A stretch of 64,000 bases of DNA from Planctomycetota bacterium (GCA_038227875.1 JBBRPR010000009.1:128001-192000), one strand, 5' to 3'. Positions 8,758 through 18,700 are shown, counted from the first letter of the stretch. The notes: generated by a model from the letters alone, not told the origin. Made by a program: numbers and translations.

Positions 8758-10089
8758 TCAGGGCGCTTGAAACAACGCCGTTACGCGCAGGCCGAGCTTC
8801 ACGAACTTCGCGGGCGGGGGTGTGTCGAAGATCACGACGGTCTCGACGATCTTCACATCCACGCGCTCTTTCGATTCACCGGTCGAAAAGCGTTTCTGGC
8901 CAGTGGCGTTGCTGACGCTTTGGACGGTGCCGTTGAAAGCTGTGCCGGCGAAGGCGTCGGCGGTGATCTTGACGCGCTGGCCGGCGGCGACGCCGGGGAA
9001 GTCGGCTTCGTCCACGTCGGCGCGGACGCGCAGGCGCGACAGGTCGGCGACGGTCACCACCGGCTGTGGATGGAGCGCGTCGATCACTTCGCCGGGATGC
9101 ATGAACTTGCGGATGACCGTGCCGGAGAGCGCGGCGACGATGCGCGTTTTTTGCAGCTCGGCTTTCGCCAAGTCGACTTGGGCGCGCGATTGTTCGACTT
9201 GGGCCTGAGCCGACTGGATCACGAACGACGCGGTGGCTTTCTGGCGCAGGACTTCGGCCTCGGCGCTGGCGAGCATCGCGCGAGTGCGGTCTTTCTCTTC
9301 CGGGCGCGATCCGGTTTCCAGTGCGCGCAGATGCGCCTTGGACGCGGCAAATTTCGCGGCGGCGGCCTCGGCGTAGCGGTGGGCCTGATCGTAGAGCTGC
9401 ACCGACCACGACGTGCCGCGCCCGTTGGGGTTGGCGTAACGCTGTTCGTCTTCGGAGAAGCGCTTGGCGTCGGCCTCGAGCGCGGCGGCATCGGCGCGCG
9501 CCTGCTCGAGGTCCTCATGGCGCGGTTCGAGCAGCGTGACTTCGGCCTTCAAGCGCGCGACTTCACTCTCAGCTTTTTTAAGTTCGCCATCGAGGTTGGC
9601 GCGCAGCATGCCGAACTTCGCGTCGGTGGCGCTCAGGTCGGCCTGGCTGGATTTCAGCTTTGCGGCGAGGTCCGCGTTTTCCAGTTCGGCGATCACGTCG
9701 CCGGCCTTCACCGGCTGGCCTTCGTCGACGTAGACGGCGCGAATCTTGCCGCCGACTTCAAACGAGAACGCCCGCTCGCCGCTGGCTGCTTCAACGAGAC
9801 CCGGAGCGGCTTTGTAGTGTTCGAACGGAGCCGGCGCGGGAGTCGGCGGCGGCGCGACGCTCACACTTTCGGCCGTGCTCTGGTGTGCGCTCATGAATGT
9901 GAACGCGGCGACGAGCAGCGCCACCACGACAGCGGCGAGCACAAGCCAACTGCTCCGCCCGCGGTGTTTGCGAGGTACTGCCAGCGGCGTGGCGCTGTCG
10001 ACGCGCACGGCAGTTGGGAGCGCGACGCTCGATTTCGGCACGCGCGGGCGGGCTGGCGCCGGTACGGGTGCGGCGGAATCTTTTTTCAT
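8758..10089 (-). CDS. HlyD/DevB-family periplasmic adaptor (membrane fusion protein)
   Basis: N-terminal TM, lipoyl half-motifs GKIRAVYVDEGQPVKAGDVIAEL and IVAALSGTV, long coiled coil, beta-barrel VRADVDEAD; ATG overlaps the ATPase stop (TGATG). Confidence 0.9.
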   Translation of the reverse strand: MKKDSAAPVPAPARPRVPKSSVALPTAVRVDSATPLAVPRKHRGRSSWLVLAAVVVALLVAAFTFMSAHQSTAESVSVAPPPTPAPAPFEHYKAAPGLVEAASGERAFSFEVGGKIRAVYVDEGQPVKAGDVIAELENADLAAKLKSSQADLSATDAKFGMLRANLDGELKKAESEVARLKAEVTLLEPRHEDLEQARADAAALEADAKRFSEDEQRYANPNGRGTSWSVQLYDQAHRYAEAAAAKFAASKAHLRALETGSRPEEKDRTRAMLASAEAEVLRQKATASFVIQSAQAQVEQSRAQVDLAKAELQKTRIVAALSGTVIRKFMHPGEVIDALHPQPVVTVADLSRLRVRADVDEADFPGVAAGQRVKITADAFAGTAFNGTVQSVSNATGQKRFSTGESKERVDVKIVETVVIFDTPPPAKFVKLGLRVTALFQAP

Positions 10090-10847
10090 CAGTTGCTCGC
10101 AGTCTCGGCGACCACGGCGCCGGTTCGGGAAACCAACCATTGGCCGTCGGCAGCCTGTTCCGGCCGCACGCGGCGGACGATCCGATGCAACTTGCCGTCG
10201 GCCATTTCGATCACGCGGTCGGCGAATTCGCGCACGCGGGGATCGTGGGTGACAACCAGCACTGTCGTGCCGTCTTCTTTCGCGCGGGTGCGCAGCAGGT
10301 CCATCACGCGGCGGCCCTGAAACGCGTCGAGCGCCGCGGTCGGCTCATCGGCCAGCAGCACCGGCGGGCCGCCGGCCAGAGCGCGGGCGATGCCGACGCG
10401 CTGGCGCTGGCCTCCGGAGAGTTCCATCGGATACGACTTCGCTTTCGCGGCGAGGCCGACGCGGTCGAGCAGTTCCGGTGCGGAACTCAAACTCACACCG
10501 CGGAGTTGTAGCGCGACTTCGATGTTCTCCAGCGCCGACAGCGACGCGAGCAGATTGAAGCTTTGAAAAATGAATCCGATGCGCGAGCGCCGGAACGACT
10601 GTAACTGGGCTTCGCTGCAGCAATCCAGGCTGACGCCGCAGACGCTGATTTCGCCGTGTGTCGGCGAGAGCACGCCGCCGATCATCGACAGCAGCGTCGT
10701 CTTGCCGCTGCCGGAGGGTCCCATCAGGACGGTGACTTCGCCGGGAAAAATCGAGAGCGAGACGCCGCGCACGGCCCAGGATTCGCCGCCGTCGTAGTGC
10801 TTGCTGACATTCCGGATCGCAATCGTGGCGTTCATGTCGTGCCTCAT
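10089..10847 (-). CDS. ABC transporter ATP-binding protein (DevA/MacB/LolD family)
   Basis: GPSGSGKT, IGFIFQSFNL, LSGGQRQRV, LADEPT, VTHD; ATG 10847 overlaps the permease stop (ATGA). Confidence 0.93.
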   Translation of the reverse strand: MRHDMNATIAIRNVSKHYDGGESWAVRGVSLSIFPGEVTVLMGPSGSGKTTLLSMIGGVLSPTHGEISVCGVSLDCCSEAQLQSFRRSRIGFIFQSFNLLASLSALENIEVALQLRGVSLSSAPELLDRVGLAAKAKSYPMELSGGQRQRVGIARALAGGPPVLLADEPTAALDAFQGRRVMDLLRTRAKEDGTTVLVVTHDPRVREFADRVIEMADGKLHRIVRRVRPEQAADGQWLVSRTGAVVAETASN

Positions 10848-11986
10848 GTTCTGAAGACCATTCCCGGTTCGATCCGTCTCAGGCGGTGGATCGAGAGCAA
10901 CGACGATCCCGACGCGAGGAAAAATGTGAGCACGGAGACGGCTGCGATCAGCGGCAAGGGAATCAGCACGGCGTTGCCGGCCGATGTCGCCAGCGCGCCG
11001 AGCGCCTCGCTCAACACCAATCCCGCCAGCAATCCCGCCGCGCCGCAGAGTAGACCTTGCGCCAGGACGATGCGTGCGAGTTCCAGCATGGTTGCGCCCA
11101 TTGCCTTGAGCACGCCGAACTCGGGGAGCTTTTCCAGGGTCATCGCGTAAAGCGTCTGCGAGACAATCACACCGCCGACGACCAGTCCCAGAAACGCCGC
11201 GACGAGGAAGCCCAGTCCCACGCCGGTCTCCAGCAACCAGTACTTGCGCGTGCGCCAACTGAAGCCTTCTTTGGTGTGCGCTTCGACGAACGGAATCGCT
11301 GCTTCGATTCGCGCGCGTACGGCGTCGACGTCCGCGCCGGGTGCGACTTTGACCAGGAAGTAGACCGAGCGTTCGCTGCTCGAACCGATGCCGCCGGCCA
11401 GCCAGCCGTATTCCTTCCCGCGCCGCAACGTGGTGAAGAGAAAGGGCGTGGTCGTGAACGAGCGCATGCCTTTGGTGAAGCCCACGACTTTTGCGCGGGT
11501 CGTCAGCACTTCGACGTAATCGCCGAGATTGGGGTTGCCGAGCTTCTTGCGTTCGCCTTCGTCGAGGATGATGGCGTCCTGGTTGTGCAGCGCAGCGACG
11601 TCGCCTTGAGCCATATTGAGCGGCGCGCCGAGCTGGCCGTTGGGATCGAAGCCGATGACGATGCAGTTGGCGTTGCCGCCGTCCGGCATCCGCCAGACGC
11701 TCCACGAGACGTTGTACTCTTCCACCAGCGCCACGCCGGGCACGGCTTGAATCTGGAACTTCTTGCGCTGGTCCATCGGCGTGACGAAATCGAAGGTCTT
11801 CACGTCGCGCACGCTGACCCAGATGTCCGCGTTGGATTTGTCGATCAGCAGCGACGCGTCGCGCACCAGTCCCAGCAGCATCCCGATCTCGAGCGTGACC
11901 AGCACCACTGAGAAGACGATGCCGAGGACGGCGATGCTGGCGCGCAGGGGATCGCGGATCAGGTTGCAGCAGCCGATGGCAATCAT
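10844..11986 (-). CDS. ABC transporter permease (DevC/FtsX-MacB family)
   Basis: N-terminal TM, periplasmic domain (ADIWV), three C-terminal TMs, EFGVLKAMGA motif, ends RIEPGMVFRT; start uncertain (11986 preferred over 12049). Confidence 0.9.
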   Translation of the reverse strand: MIAIGCCNLIRDPLRASIAVLGIVFSVVLVTLEIGMLLGLVRDASLLIDKSNADIWVSVRDVKTFDFVTPMDQRKKFQIQAVPGVALVEEYNVSWSVWRMPDGGNANCIVIGFDPNGQLGAPLNMAQGDVAALHNQDAIILDEGERKKLGNPNLGDYVEVLTTRAKVVGFTKGMRSFTTTPFLFTTLRRGKEYGWLAGGIGSSSERSVYFLVKVAPGADVDAVRARIEAAIPFVEAHTKEGFSWRTRKYWLLETGVGLGFLVAAFLGLVVGGVIVSQTLYAMTLEKLPEFGVLKAMGATMLELARIVLAQGLLCGAAGLLAGLVLSEALGALATSAGNAVLIPLPLIAAVSVLTFFLASGSSLLSIHRLRRIEPGMVFRT

Positions 11987-12017
11987 GGCGCGTTGCTCCG
12001 ATGGAATTTCGTGCGGG

Positions 12018-12061
12018 TCAAAAGTCAACATAGGGACCATGGTCCCCATGTTGGCTTTTGA
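12018..12061. repeat. 44-bp near-perfect palindrome inside operon
   Basis: TCAAAAGTCAACATAGGGACCA|TGGTCCCCATGTTGGCTTTTGA between the synthase and permease genes. Confidence 0.8.
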
Positions 12062-12066
12062 TCACT

Positions 12067-12948
12067 TCAAACTGCCAGCGTTTCGATCTTGGCGGGTGCG
12101 GTGAGCCCGAAATACCGCGCGTCGTCGCGGGTCATCGGCTTGTGACTCGTGGCGAGGAACTGCGCCACCGCGCCTTCCTCCAGCCACGAATAGAAGTAGG
12201 GGTAGAGCGTTCGTTCGTCGGAGCGTGCGCCCTGTCCGCCGACGCGGCGAATTTCGCGCTCGCCCATCCCCAGGTCGCAGCGCAGCAGCACGGCCGGCGC
12301 GCCTTGCACGCGCAGACAGGCGCGCTCCGGGCCAACCTGCTCGAAATTCAGGAGGCGGCGGTAGTAGGTGACGTGGCGCGGATTGACTTCGATCACGAAG
12401 TCGTCGAAGCCGCGCACGCGCCGCGCGAAGATGTAGATGAAGTTGAAGAGCCGGACCAGCAGCAGCTTTGAGCGCTGATTTTCTTCGCTGATGGCCAGGC
12501 GGGTGACTTCCACGAGTCGGCGGCCCTGACCGCGCAAACTGTCGAGCTCGTCGCGATAGATTTCGTCGCAGGGCAGGCCTTCGTCGGAATCGAAGACGAG
12601 CGAAATGGTGGCGGCGTCGCCGCCTTGTTCATCTTGCGCCAGCAGCGTCAGCGTTGAGGTATGCGTGTCGAAGCGCGAGAGGATGAGCTGCTGCTCGCCG
12701 GAGACATACCCGCGGCCGCTGTACACGCGGTGTGCCAGCGCGTAGGCGCGGCGGCGTGTCGCGCGATCGGCGGCGACGCGGATTTGAAAACCGGGATCGC
12801 CGTTATCGCCAGAGACGTTCCAATCGACCAGGCCGCGGTCGAAGTCGGCGTTGATGGCCTTCAGCACTTGGGAAACGGCGCTGGGGCGGCGCACGCGGAC
12901 GGTTTCGGTGGGCAGGCCCAGCACGTCGCGATCTTCCGAAGTCAGCAT
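12067..12948 (-). CDS. N-acyl amino acid synthase, FeeM-like (GNAT/acyl-homoserine-lactone synthase fold)
   Basis: AYAL.HRVYSGRGY, ATISLVFDSDEGLPCD, LVEVTRLA, FVIEVNPRH..YYRRLL.F, APAVLL motifs; SD GAGGAG. Confidence 0.82.
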   Translation of the reverse strand: MLTSEDRDVLGLPTETVRVRRPSAVSQVLKAINADFDRGLVDWNVSGDNGDPGFQIRVAADRATRRRAYALAHRVYSGRGYVSGEQQLILSRFDTHTSTLTLLAQDEQGGDAATISLVFDSDEGLPCDEIYRDELDSLRGQGRRLVEVTRLAISEENQRSKLLLVRLFNFIYIFARRVRGFDDFVIEVNPRHVTYYRRLLNFEQVGPERACLRVQGAPAVLLRCDLGMGEREIRRVGGQGARSDERTLYPYFYSWLEEGAVAQFLATSHKPMTRDDARYFGLTAPAKIETLAV

Positions 12949-12989
12949 GGTGGATTCTCCTCAATTGAAATCGGTGCAGTCCGCTACTT

Positions 12990-13919
12990 CTATTTCGCCA
13001 TCCGGCTTAGCAGCACGTGCCGGCGGAGCCGCTGCAGCGGCGAGCGGTTGCCCCAGCGCAACTTACCGCGCGTGACGGTGAAGGTTTTGGCGTTGAAGGC
13101 CGCGTAATGCGGAGCGGCGGAGACTTGATCGGGATCCTGGAGCAGCCGGAGCACAGTCGTCGCCACGACGCCCGAAGCGATCGACGCGGCCAGCGCCAGC
13201 GACGGCGCGTTGGTGCTTCCAGTCGCGGTGACTTTGGAGAGATCGAGATCGCGGAAGCCGTTCATGGTGGGGGACAGTCCCAGCGCGAAATTGGCGAGGC
13301 ATTCTTCGCGCGACCGGCATCCCGGAAAATCGAAGTAGCGATTGAAGCTCATCCCGCCCGGCCGGAAGACCAGCATGTTGACGCCGAAGCCCATCGGCGC
13401 GGCGGTGACCAGCGGAATGCCCAGCTTCTCCGCGGCCGTAAAGAGCGCCAGGCGCGCTTCGAGCGCATAAAATTCAATGCTGTCGACGACCACATCCACA
13501 CCGTCGAGCAGACGTTCGACGTTCTCCGCGTCGACGTCCGCGTGTTCGACCTGCAATTGCGCGTGCGGGTTGATTTCCAGAATCCGCTCCGCCACCGCGT
13601 CGGCTTTCCAGTTTCCCAGCGTCGCGGTGGTCGCGCCGGCCTGGCGGGCGAGATTGGAAATCTCGTAGCGCTCCGGATCGGTCAGCACCAGACTGCGGAT
13701 GCCCAACCGCGCCAGCGCAAACGCATGGAAGCTGCCCACCGAACCGGCCCCGGCCACCAGCACCCTGGCCTTCCACAAGCGCTGTTGCAACGCTTCGTCG
13801 ATGATGCCGCGGTGCCGTCCATACACGCGCTGAAAATAGCCATCAGGAGTCTGGATGTCCGCGGGCGTTTTCGACTGGATCCTGGGCATGCTCTGCACGT
13901 GCGGCTCGACGGTCAGCAT
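12990..13919 (-). CDS. ThiF/MoeB/HesA-family adenylyltransferase
   Basis: VLVAGAGSVGS, LARLGI, DPERYEISNLARQ, K, INP, DVVVDSIEF, FRPGGMSF..YF; no MoeB zinc CxxC pairs; ATG 13919 after SD GGAG. Confidence 0.88.
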   Translation of the reverse strand: MLTVEPHVQSMPRIQSKTPADIQTPDGYFQRVYGRHRGIIDEALQQRLWKARVLVAGAGSVGSFHAFALARLGIRSLVLTDPERYEISNLARQAGATTATLGNWKADAVAERILEINPHAQLQVEHADVDAENVERLLDGVDVVVDSIEFYALEARLALFTAAEKLGIPLVTAAPMGFGVNMLVFRPGGMSFNRYFDFPGCRSREECLANFALGLSPTMNGFRDLDLSKVTATGSTNAPSLALAASIASGVVATTVLRLLQDPDQVSAAPHYAAFNAKTFTVTRGKLRWGNRSPLQRLRRHVLLSRMAK

Positions 13920-14006
13920 CGTTTGGGCTCCATGTGGGAACAGAGTTTCCACGCTGCCAGTTCGCGGGAACTGGCCTCGCCACTCTCAATCCAGTTTGCA
14001 GAACAT

Positions 14007-15461
14007 TCAGGGTTTCTTCTGGCCGCTGTCCGCTTTCTCAGTCCGGCTCGGTTGCAGGATCAACTGCCTGAAATTGATGAACGCCTCCGGGTCGCGCAAT
14101 GGGTCGGGAATTTCGCTGGGCGCCAGTGTTTTGATCTCCAATTCGTCGACGGCCACATTTTGGAGCTGTAGCAGTATGGAGCTGGTCTCCAAGGGCTTCG
14201 TGAATTCACTGACATGCGTGAGTTCATCGTTGCCGAAGACAAACGAGTATCGACCGATCCAGTAGGTCGTGACGGTGATCGCCGGGGTCGTGAACGTATC
14301 GTGTGACGAGGTATCCCAATGCAGGGCTTTATGCCAGAAGCGACTTTCGCGTTCCGGGCCATTCTCGATGCGAAAAAGCGAGCACTCGTAATTGGGGGAC
14401 TTCTTGTCGATGATTCCGCAGTAGCGCATGCGGGACATGGCCGGGCGCGAATCGAGCTTCAATGGAATCTGAATCTGGCTGACGGCTTCCACGCGGAGTA
14501 CGCCCTTGAACGGTCCGGAGCTGGCCTGCCAGTCGACTTTGCCATTCAGGAATTGAAAATTCGCGGGCCTGCCGTCGTCGAACGTATAGCGGGTCTGGAC
14601 TGGAGCATCCGTCGCCGTCTCCGTGGATGTGGCTGGGGCGACGACGGGCGTTGGCGTCAGCGCGGTCACAGACGCCGGACGATTGCTATAGAGGTAAAAA
14701 CCGACCAGTCCCGCGCACACGACGGCGCAGGCACTGAGAACCAGGGACCGTTGCCCGTTTCCTGCGCGTTCCACAATTTTGCGAATGGATGGCCGCAGCG
14801 GCCCGCCCTGAGCCACGTGCTGCAGGCTCTGCTGCAGCGACAACGGCGCCGTCTGCATCGGCAGTTGCGACAGCAGTTCTGGAAGCGCCACGGCGCCCAG
14901 CACGATTCCGCCGGCGGTAAGTTGAGCGCGGATCATTTCCAGCGCCCGGGAAAGCTGCACGCGGATGGTGCCTTCCCGCGCCTGCAATGCCTCCGCCGTC
15001 TCACTTTCGCTCAGGCCGTGACAGTAACACAGCAACACCGGATCGCGGTAGCGCTCCGGCAGCCGGAGCAGCACCGCCAGCACGGTGTCCATGAGGTCCA
15101 CGGAGTCCTGTGCCGGCGTGGATTTCTTGTTCATGGACCCACCTCGATTTTGCCGGACTTCGTCTTCCCGGCGCACTCTGCGCTGGCCGGAGCGGACGAT
15201 CAGCCTGCAGGCTTTGCGGACGATCGAGTACAGCCAGCCGCGGATGCTCTGCACCCGGCCGTATTCGCCGGCCCGCCGCATCACGTCCAGAAAGGCCATC
15301 TGCATCGCATCCTGGGCGTCGTCGGGGTTGCGGAGCACGCGGAGCGCGAAGGCGTAAAGTTCGTCCTGGTATCGAGCAAAGAATTCGGACAGCGCCGCGG
15401 GATCCTGCCGCTCGGCGTAGGTGCGCAGCAGCTGGCGCTCGTCTTGGGAGTTTATGGGCAT
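14007..15461 (-). CDS. ECF sigma-70 factor with fused TM and extracytoplasmic extension
   Basis: sigma2 DAQDAMQMAFL..GWLY, sigma4 LPERYRDPVLLCY..GLS..ETAEAL...GTIRVQLSRA, TM LVLSACAVVCAGLVGFYL, C-terminal beta-rich domain. Confidence 0.85.
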   Translation of the reverse strand: MPINSQDERQLLRTYAERQDPAALSEFFARYQDELYAFALRVLRNPDDAQDAMQMAFLDVMRRAGEYGRVQSIRGWLYSIVRKACRLIVRSGQRRVRREDEVRQNRGGSMNKKSTPAQDSVDLMDTVLAVLLRLPERYRDPVLLCYCHGLSESETAEALQAREGTIRVQLSRALEMIRAQLTAGGIVLGAVALPELLSQLPMQTAPLSLQQSLQHVAQGGPLRPSIRKIVERAGNGQRSLVLSACAVVCAGLVGFYLYSNRPASVTALTPTPVVAPATSTETATDAPVQTRYTFDDGRPANFQFLNGKVDWQASSGPFKGVLRVEAVSQIQIPLKLDSRPAMSRMRYCGIIDKKSPNYECSLFRIENGPERESRFWHKALHWDTSSHDTFTTPAITVTTYWIGRYSFVFGNDELTHVSEFTKPLETSSILLQLQNVAVDELEIKTLAPSEIPDPLRDPEAFINFRQLILQPSRTEKADSGQKKP

Positions 15462-15691
15462 GGAACGCACTCTTTTCCTGACCGGCACCCTGGTCCCTGT
15501 CCTGAACCTGCCCGCTTTCACTGCACTGGATACCGCAGGCGGTACCCCGATTACAAGAATCCGAATTTTTTAAACGGTAATGAACGTTGAAATTATCCCA
15601 GCATATATTGAGCCCAGTCCATCCTACTAAGGATGTGTAAAAAGAAGTGCAGAAACTTTAACTCCCGCCGTCTGTCTAAGTAAGGGTGCGC

Positions 15692-16153
15692 ATGTTAAAG
15701 AAAGCGTCGGTCGACGACCTCAAATCGGGTGCAATAACGCGAGCCACAAGTTACATAGTGATTACGATGTGCCACTACCCGCGGGGTATACGTAAGGAGT
15801 TGTCGGACGAGTACGTCAAAGCCCTCGCCCCGGACCCAGGCCTGCTCAAAGACTTCCAGAGCGAGAAAAAGCGGCGGGAGGGCAGTCACAATGCCGCATT
15901 TGCCTGCGTCCACTATGAACAGCGGTTTAAGCTGGAGCCGGAAGGAATCGCCGAGCTGCGCCGCCTGGCGGGGCTGAGCGGCGAAAGGGATGTCACCTTT
16001 GTCTGCCAGTGCGCGGCGGATGAACGCTGTCACCGGGAATTATTACTCATTCTCGCGCGACAATGGTATGGGGCGAAGACGGAGATTCGCCGGTTTTCGT
16101 ACCCGCTCTTTGAACGCCGCATTCCTGAGAAAGAAGGCCCGCTCAAGTCCTAA
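15692..16153 (+). CDS. DUF488/YeaO-family protein
   Basis: YPRGIRK, ALAPDPGLL, VTFVC....E.CHR..L motifs. Confidence 0.8.
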   Translation: MLKKASVDDLKSGAITRATSYIVITMCHYPRGIRKELSDEYVKALAPDPGLLKDFQSEKKRREGSHNAAFACVHYEQRFKLEPEGIAELRRLAGLSGERDVTFVCQCAADERCHRELLLILARQWYGAKTEIRRFSYPLFERRIPEKEGPLKS

Positions 16154-16224
16154 GATCGACCTCATTTTAAAGTAGTAAAAGCGTCTACCCACCGGCGCGA
16201 TCCCGTTGTAAGATTCATTCGGGC

Positions 16225-18507
16225 TTGAACATGAAAGGAATAGCGCCCTTGCCAACCCGCACCGACATCCACCCGCTGCACCCGCTCTTTCGCAGGACCG
16301 CCGTGATGCTTCTGGCGGTATTCAGTCTCACCTTTCATTTTCGAACCAACGCGGCGGAGAAGCTCAAGCCTGAGCATGTGGCGATCCTGGTGCCGCAGAT
16401 TCTCGAGATCCACGTCAAGCAGCACACCATGGATCCGGCGTTCATGCGCCGCCTGATGAAGGAATACGTCGAGCAGCTCGATCCGGGCCGCAGCTTCTTT
16501 TTGAAATCCGAATACGACGCCGTGTTGACGCTCACCGACGACGAATGCAACACGCTGGCTCAGCGCGCCACCGACGGCGACTTGGGACAGTTCAAAACGA
16601 TCCTCAAGAACTTCCTCGACAAGCAGATCGCGCGCGACACGGAGATGTACGCCTCGCTGGACAAGCGCGCCGATGAAATCCGCCAGAAGGCCAAGGACCG
16701 TTTGAAGGCCCGCACCGACAAGGCCGACGCGACCAAGCCTGACACCGCGATCAAGCCCGACACCGCCGTGAAGCCCACCAAGCCCGACGAAACGGTGACC
16801 AAGGACAAGGACAGCGAGGACGATTACATCGATCCCGACGGCATCATCTGGAAGGACCGCCCGGCGACCAACGAGGAACGCGAAAAGCGTCTGATCATCT
16901 CCACCGCGTCGCTCTACTCCCTGAACAAGGAGTACCTCAAGGACGACGAAGCGATGAAGCTCGCCATCCAGGCAATTCAGCGCAACCGCGAAAAGTGGCA
17001 GAAGACGGTCGTCGACGACGACGTCGCCAAGATTTTCCTGAAGAGCTTCATGATGGCGCTGGACCCGCATTCCGATTACCTGGAAGGCGACGACGAAGAA
17101 GATTTCACCTCGCACATGGAACGCAGCTTCGCGGGAATCGGCGTGCAGATTCGCCCGTGCCCGCTGGGCGCGCATATCGAAGATGTGATCAAGGGCGGAC
17201 CCTCGGACAAGAGCGGCAAGTTCGCGCGCGGCGACCAGATCGTAGCCGTCGACAACGTGGTGCTGGCCGGCATGACCATCAACAAGATCGTCAAGCTGAT
17301 CAAGGGCGAGAAGGGCACCGACGTGAAGTTGACGGTGCTGAAGCGCGACACCAGCAAGACCGATGTCATCACCATCAAGCGCGACACGATTGAACTGGCC
17401 GACATGCGCGTGAAGGGCAAGACCATCGATTCTCCGGACGGCCCGGTGGGCTTGATCTCCGTGCAGGCGTTCTACCAGGGCGTGCACAACGACGTCCGCG
17501 ACCGCCTCAATGAAATCAGCAAGGGCAAGGCGCTCTCCGGCGTGGTGCTGGACCTGCGCAACAACACCGGCGGGTACCTCGACGAAGCGATCGGACTGGC
17601 GAGCCTGTTCATCGAATCCGGCGCGGTGGTCGGCGAACGCAACGGCCGCAACAAGATCCAGTGGCAGGACGATCCGGACGAGAAGATCGAATTCCGCGGC
17701 CCGCTGGTCATCCTGACCAACCAGTTCTCGGCCAGCGCATCGGAAATCGTGACGGGCACGCTGAAAGCCTACGGCCGCGCGGTGGTCGTCTCACACACGC
17801 AGACGTTCGGCAAGGGCACCGTTCAGAAGGTTCTGCCGCTCAATTCGCACGGCCTGCCGGGCGAAATCAAGGTTACGACCGATCAGTACTTTCTGGCCAA
17901 TGGTTCGTCGGTGCAGTTGAAGGGCGTTGATCCGGACGTGATCATTCCCGGCCCGAAGCTGCTCAACGAAGACGGCTACCTGGAAGCCGCGACGCCCAAC
18001 GCGATCGCATGGAACCAGATTCCCGGCCGCCTCGACAACGCCAAGCCCGAAGTGAAGATGTGGATGGAGTGGAAGAACAAGAACATGAAGTCGCTGCAGG
18101 GTCGTTCCAAGCAGCGCATCGACGCCAACCCGGAATTCGCGAACCTCTTCGACTTGAAGAAGCGCAAGGAAAAGGAAAAGGCGAACCCCGAGAAGGACAA
18201 GCCCGACAATCCTGACGCTCCGCCGGCGCTTGACGAGAAGAAGAAGGACGAGAAGGATCCGCAGGCCGACGAAGCCGTGGCGATTGTGCGCGACATGATC
18301 AGCACGTGGCCGTTGAACGACGGACAAGCCGTGGCCGAAATGCCGCCGCCTCCGCCGGTTGTCGCTCCGTCCGTCGCTGCCGACACCGAGCTGCAGGCGC
18401 AGATCGAAAAGTTGAAGGAAGAGAACAAACAACTGCGCGAAGAGAACGAGAAGCTGCGCAAAGGCGTGACCCAGTCCAAGCCCGTGAAAGACGAAATCAC
18501 CAAGTAG
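16225..18507 (+). CDS. prc: Carboxy-terminal processing protease (S41A, Prc/Tsp type)
   Basis: Signal peptide, LDPHSDY, PDZ (GIGV..GDQIVAVD), DLRNNTGG, SASASEI, TFGKGTVQ, C-terminal NAIAWNQI; exact start uncertain (TTG 16249 has an SD). Confidence 0.9.
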   Translation: MNMKGIAPLPTRTDIHPLHPLFRRTAVMLLAVFSLTFHFRTNAAEKLKPEHVAILVPQILEIHVKQHTMDPAFMRRLMKEYVEQLDPGRSFFLKSEYDAVLTLTDDECNTLAQRATDGDLGQFKTILKNFLDKQIARDTEMYASLDKRADEIRQKAKDRLKARTDKADATKPDTAIKPDTAVKPTKPDETVTKDKDSEDDYIDPDGIIWKDRPATNEEREKRLIISTASLYSLNKEYLKDDEAMKLAIQAIQRNREKWQKTVVDDDVAKIFLKSFMMALDPHSDYLEGDDEEDFTSHMERSFAGIGVQIRPCPLGAHIEDVIKGGPSDKSGKFARGDQIVAVDNVVLAGMTINKIVKLIKGEKGTDVKLTVLKRDTSKTDVITIKRDTIELADMRVKGKTIDSPDGPVGLISVQAFYQGVHNDVRDRLNEISKGKALSGVVLDLRNNTGGYLDEAIGLASLFIESGAVVGERNGRNKIQWQDDPDEKIEFRGPLVILTNQFSASASEIVTGTLKAYGRAVVVSHTQTFGKGTVQKVLPLNSHGLPGEIKVTTDQYFLANGSSVQLKGVDPDVIIPGPKLLNEDGYLEAATPNAIAWNQIPGRLDNAKPEVKMWMEWKNKNMKSLQGRSKQRIDANPEFANLFDLKKRKEKEKANPEKDKPDNPDAPPALDEKKKDEKDPQADEAVAIVRDMISTWPLNDGQAVAEMPPPPPVVAPSVAADTELQAQIEKLKEENKQLREENEKLRKGVTQSKPVKDEITK

Positions 18508-18566
18508 CGCGCTAAAGCGCGAGGGGCCAGGGCCAGGGGTCAGAAAAGAGCGAGTGATTTGAGATG

Positions 18567-18601
18567 CAGGCGCGACCAGAAATGGTCGCGCCTGTTTTTT
18601 T
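18567..18601 (+). terminator. Intrinsic terminator
   Basis: CAGGCGCGACCA-GAAA-TGGTCGCGCCTG followed by T7. Confidence 0.9.
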
Positions 18602-18654
18602 GATCGGGGACCATATGGACTGTAGTCCCTAAGTAAAAACTACCACACAACTCG

Positions 18655-18688
18655 CCGTTCTTTGCGACTTAGCGGCTTTGCGTGAGAT
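18655..18688 (-). repeat. Inverted copy of the CGCAAAG-rich repeat
   Basis: Reverse complement ATCTCACGCAAAGCCGCTAAGTCGCAAAGAACGG matches 8567-8600 at 31/34 positions. Confidence 0.75.
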
Positions 18689-18700
18689 TAAGACGAAGTA

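Noticed and set aside
10848..11705. N-terminal extension of the ABC ATPase ORF (538 aa)
   Set aside because: Overlaps the permease in another frame and is Arg-rich noise; the real start is 10847 or 10835.
12067..12948. LuxI acyl-homoserine lactone synthase
   Set aside because: Motifs fit the FeeM/N-acyl amino acid synthase branch better (VNPRH..YY), and no LuxR is adjacent.
12990..13919. ThiF as part of a CBASS/ubiquitin-like or RiPP system
   Set aside because: No E2, JAB, cyclase, ubiquitin-like or evident precursor-peptide gene nearby; the context is acyl-amino-acid synthesis and export.
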